NCBI GenBank assembly: GCA_965233865.1
Contig: OZ247587.1
Coordinates: forward strand, 928,001-992,000
Length of the DNA: 64,000 nucleotides
Source of the DNA: Candidatus Neptunichlamydia sp.
GTDB lineage: Bacteria > Chlamydiota > Chlamydiia > Chlamydiales > Simkaniaceae
Reading direction: 5' to 3'
Shown: positions 49,089-57,717 of the stretch, in pieces
How the letters are laid out: each line of letters starts with the position of its first letter
Numbering within the stretch: the first letter of the stretch is position 1
Position numbers and translations under genes: made by a program
The notes under the pieces: model-generated
What the model was told of the DNA's origin: nothing
What the model saw: only the letters and a program-made list of their open reading frames with translations
Database searches by the model: none

Positions 49089-51722
49089 CTACTGATCGAG
49101 TCTAGGAAGATATGGGGCAATCATTGCTTTGCGCGAATTAAGACCACCTGCACTATAGCGAAGAATGGCAATTGGAAGATCGCTTGGAGCTTGAGGAAGA
49201 TGGTGCTTGATCGGCAAAAAACTCTCCTTAAAGATTTGAGAAAGTTCCCGTGCATTATTTCCTAAGAGCTCAAGCTCAAATTCAAGCCGTTGGGCAGCAG
49301 GCGATCCTTTAAACCCACTCAGGAAAAGCTTCAATTTTTCAACAGCAAGTTCTGTGTGAGGAATCCAAAACCACATCTCATCATTATGATTGTATGAAAT
49401 CTTTTCCCCCTTAAAAAGTTCTTGAGCACTCGCAACAGTCGAGGTTGCATGAAGATGAAGCATGACCTCTCTATTGTTTGCATAAATATTAAGAGCTTTT
49501 TCATACCACAGCTTGCGAAGCTCTGGAGCTGCTTTTTCAAAGTTAGGATAATTACATACAAAAATCTTTGTTTGCCCAACACGGTTACAATAGTTGAGAA
49601 TTTTTGTATCGATAAAAATGTTTGAAGGCTCTCCTCTAAGGGCTATTTCAAGGTTTTCATCAACCCCTTGCTCTTTGTGTTCATAGACTTTGCTATAAAG
49701 AGAATAAAAATCTTCATTTTGAAGGAGCCTCTTAGCTGCTTTAGTGGTGTAATCCTCATCTTCGCGAATGTCATCAAAATCAACAATTTCCATCTCTTTC
49801 TTGGTGATAAGAGATTTCATCCGGTTAAGAAGCGAAGCCATACAATTCACATCAACCCGCGACACCTTAGTCAATAGATCAGTATCGTCAAGAATCGCAT
49901 AAATGAAGTGGAGGTACTCTACAAGTTCCCGCTTTGGATCGACATAATGTTCACAATCAGTACGCAAGACTTTTTTCTTCTGAAGGAGTCGTTGGTATAT
50001 TCGAATGCCTTGAATATGCTCAAGCTTCTTCTCCACTTCTTGGAGTTGCACGTCAACATCCTTTTCTGACAGTCCACCAAGGCCATACTGGTCGTTAATC
50101 GTAAATGCCAGCTCTGCAACAATTGAATTCGAAGATTGTGCGTCACTAATCATCACTTTTGGGGGTGTATCAGTAAGAAGCGAGCTTTTATGATGGTCAA
50201 TTACACTGATTACTTGAAGATAGGAAGGGATTTTCATCTCTTCTCGATTACAAAAGTCTCGAAGAGTTACTGTCCCTAGCGCTTCATCTTGGAGTTCATG
50301 GCTATGGATCACCCCAATAGGAGTAGGGCGCCCCTCTAAATCGGTTTGATTAACAGTAAGGTAGGCGTAATTCCCCATTTTAGAACGGATCTCTTCAATA
50401 TCGGTTCGGTGAGATAAATACTGAGGCTTAAATCCAAAGACATCTGTCTTAATTTGGAAAGCAATAGCTAAGCTATCGACATGTTTCCGAATACTTGAAA
50501 ATGCATCGGAAAGGAATTTCACTAAAATCTCAAGCTGATTGAAAATCAGAGGGCGATTCTCAGTTAAAACCCCTGAAGCATCAAATAGCTCTGATTTGAG
50601 AAGGGAACGAAGCCATGAAGTAATCTGAGAAAAATTAACGACATCAATCTTTTCCATCGACAAAGAAAATTCTTCAAATGATGCCTCATTTCCTTTAGCA
50701 ATTCCGAGCACTTTAAAAAGGTAGTCGTTTACAAATTGAAGGAGTTTCGGAGGAAGCTCTTTTGCAGGAGCACATTCGCTAATTTTCATTTCCAAAAGCT
50801 CACGAATTTCTTTTGAAATGAGCTCAATCGTCAGTTTTTTCTGGGCAAAGCAAGAGATCAGTTGGATATGGAGGTTTGACTCAAACCACATGAGGCAATT
50901 GTTAAAAGCCATTACAACTTGCCGGATTCCTTCCAGATCAATCGTTCGCCAATCACCAAGATAATACCCGTGCTCGTCAATCAGAACAACGGCACTTCGT
51001 TGCCTTTCATGGTCAAAACTTAAGGCTCGATCACTGGTATGTTTCCTAATCATCCCCTTTTGAGAAAGAAGGTCTAAGCTAGTCAATGTGAGGGAAAGAC
51101 GCGTTTTTGCTAAACAATTAAAGACCTGGGGACCAAAAAGCTTCTCAAAAAGGAGCCCGATTTCAACTTGAGTAACAGGGGGACCACCTGGAATGTTCCA
51201 AATGTGAAGCCCATTGCTTACACGCGCCGCAAATGCATCGACCCAGCCCCAAAAAGAAGCTACGGTCGTATCTAGATCTGGAGAGTTATGGGCTGTGACA
51301 AAATGTGTTCCTGGGTAAGATTTGCCCATCCCAATAGGGAAATAGGTCTGATAGGCATCTCGCGGAATCCACTTTCCAACAATCTTACCTCGAATTTTAT
51401 AATTCTCTTCTTTGCTAAGCCCCGAAAAATGGTTGAGCCAAAGCTCAAAAAAGGAGAATGAATGCTGCTCGAGAACCTTTTCCTGATCGACACGTCCAAT
51501 ATATTCAATCACTCCCTCCAATAAAAAAGAGGGCTCGGGAGCCTTTAGAATTAAATCCACAAGGGCTCGATTCACAAAATCGGACTTATCATGCTCATTT
51601 TTTTCTTGAAACTCTTTCGTTTTAAAAGTCTCAAAAATCTCGTCGAGCCCTTCGAATGTTTTTGATTCAAAAGGATATTCCCCTAGAAGAGGAGGATGAT
51701 CACGCTTTTTTCCCATGGACAC
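49089..51722 (-). CDS. Large hypothetical protein with DHH / family II pyrophosphatase-like motifs
   Basis: VTAHNSPDLDT, LRDFCN, VIDHH and AILDDT occur in the family II PPase order. Confidence 0.65.
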   Translation of the reverse strand: MSMGKKRDHPPLLGEYPFESKTFEGLDEIFETFKTKEFQEKNEHDKSDFVNRALVDLILKAPEPSFLLEGVIEYIGRVDQEKVLEQHSFSFFELWLNHFSGLSKEENYKIRGKIVGKWIPRDAYQTYFPIGMGKSYPGTHFVTAHNSPDLDTTVASFWGWVDAFAARVSNGLHIWNIPGGPPVTQVEIGLLFEKLFGPQVFNCLAKTRLSLTLTSLDLLSQKGMIRKHTSDRALSFDHERQRSAVVLIDEHGYYLGDWRTIDLEGIRQVVMAFNNCLMWFESNLHIQLISCFAQKKLTIELISKEIRELLEMKISECAPAKELPPKLLQFVNDYLFKVLGIAKGNEASFEEFSLSMEKIDVVNFSQITSWLRSLLKSELFDASGVLTENRPLIFNQLEILVKFLSDAFSSIRKHVDSLAIAFQIKTDVFGFKPQYLSHRTDIEEIRSKMGNYAYLTVNQTDLEGRPTPIGVIHSHELQDEALGTVTLRDFCNREEMKIPSYLQVISVIDHHKSSLLTDTPPKVMISDAQSSNSIVAELAFTINDQYGLGGLSEKDVDVQLQEVEKKLEHIQGIRIYQRLLQKKKVLRTDCEHYVDPKRELVEYLHFIYAILDDTDLLTKVSRVDVNCMASLLNRMKSLITKKEMEIVDFDDIREDEDYTTKAAKRLLQNEDFYSLYSKVYEHKEQGVDENLEIALRGEPSNIFIDTKILNYCNRVGQTKIFVCNYPNFEKAAPELRKLWYEKALNIYANNREVMLHLHATSTVASAQELFKGEKISYNHNDEMWFWIPHTELAVEKLKLFLSGFKGSPAAQRLEFELELLGNNARELSQIFKESFLPIKHHLPQAPSDLPIAILRYSAGGLNSRKAMIAPYLPRLDQ

Positions 51723-51737
51723 TTACGTTTAAATAAA

Positions 51738-51811
51738 TGGACTGAGCAGGACTCGAACCTGCGACCGTCCGCTTAGAAGGCGGATGCTCTATCCAGCTGA
51801 GCTATCAGTCC
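51738..51811 (-). tRNA. tRNA-Arg(TCT)
   Basis: Cloverleaf GGACTGATAGCTCAG...CTTCTAA...GGTTCGAGTCC...CAGTCCA. Confidence 0.96.
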
Positions 51812-51938
51812 TCAAATTTCATCTGCGGTTTTTCCCGAGAAAAATTCACAGACATTGTGGATTTTAGTCATAAGAAAAATGATTTTCAAGTATATTTGTC
51901 TCATAAGTGGTAATAGACCAAAAAAATAAGGCGAAAAA

Positions 51939-52757
51939 ATGTTAAAGATTGGTGAAATTGAGATTGGAAAAGATACTCCTCTTGTCGTGATATCTGGCCC
52001 TTGCGTGATTGAAAGTGAAGCCCATGCTTTAAAAACTGCATCTGAGCTAAAAAAAATGTTTGCAGATTGTGGAGTTCAACTAATCTACAAATCAAGTTAC
52101 GACAAAGCAAACCGCTCATCTATTGATTCATATCGAGGCCCTGGAATGCAAGAAGGTCTTCGCATCCTAAAAAAAGTCAAAGAAGAGCTTGATCTTCCTG
52201 TGTTTACTGATATCCATCACCCGGAAGAAGCTGCTCCCGTCGCTGAGGTATGTGATGTCCTCCAAATCCCCGCCTTCCTATGTCGACAAACCGATCTGCT
52301 CATTGCAGCGGGAATAACAAAGGCCGTTATCAATATCAAGAAGGGCCAATTCATGTCCCCTTGGGATATGGAACATGTTGTGAAAAAGCTTCTTTCAACA
52401 GGAAATGACAGGATTATTCTCACTGACCGCGGAACCTCCTTTGGATACAACAATCTTGTCTCAGATATGCGAACGATCCCTGTTCTTAAAAACTATGGGT
52501 TTCCAGTTTGCTTTGACGCCTCTCATTCAGTTCAACTTCCAGGTGGAATGGGGAGTCAATCCGGGGGCCAACGTGAATTTATTCCTACTCTCGCAAAGTC
52601 TGCACTAGCGGCAGGCGCCAATCTTCTCTATATTGAATCACATGACAACCCCTCAGAGGCAAAAAGTGACAAGCATTCGGTCATGCCTTTTAATGAACTG
52701 CAGAAGCTTTTAAGAGAGGCTCTTCCTCTTTACAAACTGATTCAACAAGGATCTTAA
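51939..52757 (+). CDS. kdsA: KDO 8-phosphate synthase
   Basis: GPCVIES, DKANRSS, PAFLCRQTD and DASHSVQ. Confidence 0.97.
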   Translation: MLKIGEIEIGKDTPLVVISGPCVIESEAHALKTASELKKMFADCGVQLIYKSSYDKANRSSIDSYRGPGMQEGLRILKKVKEELDLPVFTDIHHPEEAAPVAEVCDVLQIPAFLCRQTDLLIAAGITKAVINIKKGQFMSPWDMEHVVKKLLSTGNDRIILTDRGTSFGYNNLVSDMRTIPVLKNYGFPVCFDASHSVQLPGGMGSQSGGQREFIPTLAKSALAAGANLLYIESHDNPSEAKSDKHSVMPFNELQKLLREALPLYKLIQQGS

Positions 52758-53363
52758 TTGATCAAGAGAACAACAATTATTGCTTTTTTTATTCTACTCC
52801 TCTTCACCGGTGGGATTTTGTTTCAAGCCTTCTATTCTTCTGAAGAAGGAGGAAGTATCGAAGAAATGCTGACCCAAGAAATTTCCATGCCAAAACATGA
52901 GGAAAAATTTCTCAATAAACAAATGCGAAAGGGCGTTACTAAAGACCTTTGGATCTCAGACAAAGATCATGTGCGCCTCCATCACCATATTGAAAGTCCT
53001 CGCTCAATCCTTACTGCAATTCCCCATAGAAATCGGGTAGAACTTATCGAACAAATGATTGGGATGAAGTGTTTTTTTCAAGAAAAACTGGAAAAAGGAG
53101 AGGGGGAATCAATACAACAGATTCGCTATCTACAATCAGGAGAAGGCACCTACCACTATACCGATCATTTTTTTGATGCGCACAGCGTTTTTCTCGCCCT
53201 ATATAGGATTCCTGGGGAAGCTTTAGTCACGCACCTAGATACTGACGCTGCCTATTTAAAAGGAATTGCCGAAGAAGTCTCTTTATCTTTTTCGAATGGC
53301 ACCCCAAATTTCCATGCTGAGAAATTCAAAGCTCAAATTCGACCCTATGGGGAAAACCCATGA
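52758..53363 (+). CDS. Membrane-anchored protein, probable LptC-like
   Basis: N-terminal TM and beta-rich body; lies between kdsA and lptB. Confidence 0.6.
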   Translation: MIKRTTIIAFFILLLFTGGILFQAFYSSEEGGSIEEMLTQEISMPKHEEKFLNKQMRKGVTKDLWISDKDHVRLHHHIESPRSILTAIPHRNRVELIEQMIGMKCFFQEKLEKGEGESIQQIRYLQSGEGTYHYTDHFFDAHSVFLALYRIPGEALVTHLDTDAAYLKGIAEEVSLSFSNGTPNFHAEKFKAQIRPYGENP

Positions 53364-53598
53364 AAGCAGCTACCCTCCTCAGACTTACCTCATATGGAAC
53401 TTTGAAGATCGATCAAGACAGTCTGATAAGTTGTACAAGCACTGAAAACAAACAGCTGCTTTATGAAAACCACGAAGTGCGTCTTCTAGCCGACTTGTTT
53501 CAAAAGAGGCGTCGGTAAAAGGAATCGGAACCGTCCGCTTTACCTTTAGCAAAGAAGAGAGAAAATGTTTTGAAAAACTCCTAAAGGAAACCTCATGA
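53360..53598 (+). pseudogene. Internally deleted gene remnant (possibly LptA/OstA-like)
   Basis: ATGA overlaps at both ends but 239 bp long. One frame gives MKAATLLRL...; another ends KGIGTVRFTFSKEERKCFEKLLKETS*. Confidence 0.6.
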
Positions 53599-54314
53599 TT
53601 CTTAAAGTCCAAAACCTTTCAAAATCATACTCTGGAAAAAAAATAGTAAACGGCCTTTCCTTTAACGTACGTGCAGGACAGGTCGTCGGTCTTCTAGGCC
53701 CCAATGGCGCTGGGAAAACAACTGCCTTTTATATAGCAATCGGGTTAATTCAGCCTGATAGTGGGTCGGTCTTTTTCAAAGACTCAGATGTCACCTCCAG
53801 CCCTGTTCATAAACGGGCACAAATGGGAATGGGGTACCTAGCACAAGAACCTTCAATTTTTAGGCAATTGACCGTCGAGCAAAACATCCTCTGTATCCTT
53901 GAAACTCTTCCCATTACACGCCAGGAAAGGAAAAAGCGTCTAGAAGAACTTCTTGAAGAACTTCACCTCGCACCCCATGCAAAAAAGCGTGCAACAACCC
54001 TTTCTGGAGGAGAACGGAGGCGCCTTGAAATTACACGCTCTCTAGTTACAAATCCAAGGCTCCTTCTTCTCGATGAGCCCTTTGCCAATATCGATCCTCT
54101 CACCATCTATGATGTAAAGCAGATGATCCGCCACCTCACCTCAAAAAACATCGGGGTCCTCATCACAGACCATAACGCCCGCGAAGTCTCTTCCATTGTC
54201 GACCATTCTTACCTCGTCCAAGAAGGACGAGTTACCCACTCTGGCACCATCGCCGAGCTACTAGCCAATAAGGACGCACGCTCCACCTATTTCGGCGAAG
54301 ACTTCGAACTGTAG
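53595..54314 (+). CDS. lptB: LPS export ABC ATPase
   Basis: GPNGAGKT, YLAQEPSIF, LSGGERRR, DEPFA and ITDHN. Confidence 0.95.
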   Translation: MILKVQNLSKSYSGKKIVNGLSFNVRAGQVVGLLGPNGAGKTTAFYIAIGLIQPDSGSVFFKDSDVTSSPVHKRAQMGMGYLAQEPSIFRQLTVEQNILCILETLPITRQERKKRLEELLEELHLAPHAKKRATTLSGGERRRLEITRSLVTNPRLLLLDEPFANIDPLTIYDVKQMIRHLTSKNIGVLITDHNAREVSSIVDHSYLVQEGRVTHSGTIAELLANKDARSTYFGEDFEL

Positions 54315-54354
54315 AATATAGTGCTTTAACTTTAAAAAACACTATACGCAGGAA

Positions 54355-55437
54355 TCACTTACTGGGTTTGACATAAGGGTTCAAAAACACATGGAGTTTC
54401 GAAATAATTTCTTCTGGAGTAAGTGTATGAAGGCAATCGCTCCTTCCTGAGCCACCGCACCCTGGTTGGTAACAGGGACGGCAAGGAAGGTTGCGAGTAA
54501 TCACACAAGAACGAGGATTACGATAAGGACCCCAATTCTGATCGCAAGTCGGGCCAAAGACAGCAGCCACAGTTTTTTTTCGGGCACTCGCAATATGAAG
54601 GGGTACAGAGTCTACCGTAAATAGAAAGCTACTTTTGTCAATCACCGCGCCGAGTTCCTTAAGAGAAATTTTTCCCGAAAGGTCAACGGCTCTAGGAAGC
54701 ACTTCTTGAATCTGCCTGTTCACTTCCATTTCGAGTGGATCAGGGCTAGCTGTGAGAACAATAGTCTCCCCTCTTTCTTGAAGGTATTCGCAAACAGCAA
54801 TCATTGTTTTAATAGGAAGGGTTTTAAACATCCACCGGGAAACTGGGTGGACCGCCACATAGGGCTCTGGAACAAGAGATGCCACCTTCTCATAGGCTGC
54901 TTCAGGAATGTCAAAGGTGAGATCCCTTTCACTAGGAATCGGAAAAATTCCTAAACACCTCAGGGCATCGAGCTGCTTTTCTACGGCATGGCGGGGACGA
55001 AGTGTGTGCTTAACCAAATGGGTGTAGCAAGAAGCCTTCCCCTTCATCCCATTCCCCTGAGGATCGAATCCAATGGAAAATGGAGCCCTGGAAATCTTTG
55101 CAGCAATCGCTCCTCGATCTCCCTCAGTAAGGTTAATAACAAGGTCGTATCTTTTCTTCCGAATAGCTCGGAGAAGTTTCAGCTCCTCCAAGTACCGCTT
55201 CCAAATGGGTAGCTTCTTCCATTCTTTATCATAGAGAAGAAAGTTAGAAATTGCCAGATGCCCTTCTAGCATAGGAAGGGTTTCCGAGTAGATATAAGCA
55301 TCGATTTCTAGGTGAGGAAATCTTTTTTTCAATACAGAAAAAACGGGACTACTGAGGAGCACATCCCCATGATGGCGAAGTTTCGCCACCAACACCTTCC
55401 TGATCTTTGAAAAATCTATGTCATATTGTCCTAGCAC
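54355..55437 (-). CDS. GT9 glycosyltransferase (RfaQ/WaaQ heptosyltransferase III-like)
   Basis: KLRHHGDVLL, INLTEGDRGA, HPVSRWMFK, VDSVPLHIA and FGPT. Confidence 0.88.
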   Translation of the reverse strand: MLGQYDIDFSKIRKVLVAKLRHHGDVLLSSPVFSVLKKRFPHLEIDAYIYSETLPMLEGHLAISNFLLYDKEWKKLPIWKRYLEELKLLRAIRKKRYDLVINLTEGDRGAIAAKISRAPFSIGFDPQGNGMKGKASCYTHLVKHTLRPRHAVEKQLDALRCLGIFPIPSERDLTFDIPEAAYEKVASLVPEPYVAVHPVSRWMFKTLPIKTMIAVCEYLQERGETIVLTASPDPLEMEVNRQIQEVLPRAVDLSGKISLKELGAVIDKSSFLFTVDSVPLHIASARKKTVAAVFGPTCDQNWGPYRNPRSCVITRNLPCRPCYQPGCGGSGRSDCLHTLTPEEIISKLHVFLNPYVKPSK

Positions 55438-55571
55438 GAATTCACTTCCAACACTTTAATCTCAAATGAGTCCTTAAGCTCTGGATTATACGTCATTCCT
55501 CAATATTCCTTAAAGAAATGAGTGAAGCAATGACTAACATTCCTCTCAAGAAAATCCTGGGTGTTTTTTCG

Positions 55572-55818
55572 TTTATGGATCCATCTCATAATCGTTGTGT
55601 GACACGCAGAGAGACCTTACTCTTTAAATATCATCACTAACTTTCTACACGTCAATGCGAACTGGCAATACCATTTCACGGTCTAAATGATAATTTCTCC
55701 AGAAAAATGTTTCCATTTGAGCGGATTATCCTAAACACCCGAATCTCTCATTTTGACCTCTCAGCTGACACATGAAAATTCGATTTTTTACAAGCCAAGC
55801 GTTTTTTGCACCAGAACT
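55572..55818 (-). mobile_element. IS6-family relic (left IR plus transposase N-terminus)
   Basis: Minus strand AGTTCTGGTGCAAAAA at 55818-55803, then NPLKWKHFSGEIII*TVKWYCQFALTCRKLVMIFKE*GLSACHTTIMRWIHK. Confidence 0.85.
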
Positions 55819-55965
55819 AAAAAAAAACATGTTAGGATCAAAAACTTTCAGAATGAAGTTCTTAAGTTGCGGTTGGTAAACTAATTTTTGAATGCGCTAG
55901 CTCTGTGTTAAGTTGTTTTTTTTAATCACTTTATGTTAACGTATCCTCCACCAAGGAGAAAACAC

Positions 55966-56391
55966 ATGACAAAAGAACGCACACTATCAATTATTAAGCC
56001 CGATGCCGTGAGCAAAAATCACGTTGGAGACATTCTTGCCCGTTTTGAAAAAGCAGGACTAAAGATTATAGCCGCAAAAATGAAGCACCTTAGCCGAGCA
56101 GATGCTGAAGGTTTTTACGCTGTTCACAAAGAACGGCCTTTCTTTACAGATCTCGTTGACTTCATGATCTCAGGACCCGTCGTGATCTCGGTTCTTGAAG
56201 GAGAAGGATCAATTACAAAAAACCGTGATCTAATGGGAGCAACCAATCCTAAAGAAGCTGCTCAAGGAACTATCCGAGCAGACTTTGCTGAATCTATTGA
56301 TGCAAATGCTGTACATGGGTCTGACGGAATTGACACTGCAAAAACAGAAATCACTTTCTTCTTCAACGAAGATGAAGTCTACTCTCATTAG
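55966..56391 (+). CDS. ndk: Nucleoside diphosphate kinase
   Basis: [19 protein letters not shown] and NAVHGSD; SD AAGGAG. Confidence 0.97.
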   Translation: MTKERTLSIIKPDAVSKNHVGDILARFEKAGLKIIAAKMKHLSRADAEGFYAVHKERPFFTDLVDFMISGPVVISVLEGEGSITKNRDLMGATNPKEAAQGTIRADFAESIDANAVHGSDGIDTAKTEITFFFNEDEVYSH

Positions 56392-56408
56392 CCTCATGCT
56401 AGGGGGGA

Positions 56409-56519
56409 AGTTCTGGTAATGATGATGGAAGAGCGAGGAATGCCTGTAAGTCATATTATCCGCCTAGCTCTTCAGAAAAGAAGGGCTATGGGCGGATATG
56501 CGAAGGTTGCACCAGGACC
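56409..56519 (+). mobile_element. Collapsed IS6-family relic
   Basis: AGTTCTGGT joined to LVMMMEERGMPVSH; right IR TTGCACCAGGACC at 56507-56519. Confidence 0.7.
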
Positions 56520-56555
56520 GACACAAGACTAGGGGGTATCAACGAGACTCCGAGA

Positions 56556-57647
56556 TTAGACTGCAGATTTTTTGAAGGTTTCAAGATACTCGAGTGCTTT
56601 CCCTGTCCCCATGCAAACTGCTAGAAGAGGATTCGAAGCAACAATCACTGGAAGCCCTGTCTCTTTAATCAGGGCCTTATCCAGTCCCTTGATTAAAGCT
56701 CCTCCACCGGCAAGGACCATTCCTGTCTCAACGAGGTCAGCAGCCAGTTCGGGAGGACAACGCTCCAAGGTCTCCTTGGTACAAGCAATGATTTGTTGAA
56801 TGGGCTCTGCGAGGCATTCCCGGATTTCAACAGAATTAATTCGCTTAGTGATAGGGAGCCCCGCTACTTGATCACGCCCCCGCACTTCCATTTCAAGCTC
56901 ATGATCCCCAAGAGGATAGGCAGAACCAATTGTCATTTTGATCTCTTCAGCCGTTCTTGGTCCAATCATCAGATTATAGGTGCGGCGCATATAGTTAATG
57001 ATGCACTCATCAAATTCATCCCCAGCGATACGAATCGATCGGGATTCGACGATTCCACCGAGGGAGATAATTGCAATCTCTGTCGTACCACCACCCACAT
57101 CAATAATCATATTTGCTGAAGGCTCATGGACTGGGAGGTCGACTCCAATGGCTGCTGCCATGGGTTCTTCAATAAGGATCACCTCTTGAGCTCCTGCCCT
57201 AAGGGCTGAATCTTCAACGGCTCGCTTCTCTACCCCTGTAATTCCAGAGGGAACAGCAATCAAAATCTTTGGGCGGAATAGGCTACGCGATGGGGTCACC
57301 CGGGAGATAAGGGCTTTAAGCATCCCTTCTGCAATTTCAAAGTCAGCGATAACGCCATCCTTCATCGGGCGGACAGCATGAATTTTTCGGGGAGTTTTCC
57401 CTAGCATGGCTTTCGCTTTATGGCCAACAGCAAGAACATCACCGGTCACAGAATCAACAGCGACTACCGAGGGTTCAGCCAATACAATTCCTTTTCCACG
57501 AACATAAACAAGGGTATTTGCAGTTCCAAGGTCAATGCCAATGTCGCTCGCAAAAATACCAGTGAAGTGACCAAGCTTATTGATAAATCCTTGTTTAAAG
57601 TTCTTGAGTAGGCTTCCCGTTCCCTTTTTTGCGGCCTTAACTTTCAT
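56556..57647 (-). CDS. mreB: Actin-like MreB
   Basis: [25 protein letters not shown] and LAGGGAL. Confidence 0.97.
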   Translation of the reverse strand: MKVKAAKKGTGSLLKNFKQGFINKLGHFTGIFASDIGIDLGTANTLVYVRGKGIVLAEPSVVAVDSVTGDVLAVGHKAKAMLGKTPRKIHAVRPMKDGVIADFEIAEGMLKALISRVTPSRSLFRPKILIAVPSGITGVEKRAVEDSALRAGAQEVILIEEPMAAAIGVDLPVHEPSANMIIDVGGGTTEIAIISLGGIVESRSIRIAGDEFDECIINYMRRTYNLMIGPRTAEEIKMTIGSAYPLGDHELEMEVRGRDQVAGLPITKRINSVEIRECLAEPIQQIIACTKETLERCPPELAADLVETGMVLAGGGALIKGLDKALIKETGLPVIVASNPLLAVCMGTGKALEYLETFKKSAV

Positions 57648-57717
57648 TTTTCAATCCTTTTCGATCCAATTGTGCTATGAGATCTGATCATCATAATGAA
57701 CAACCGGATATAATTCA

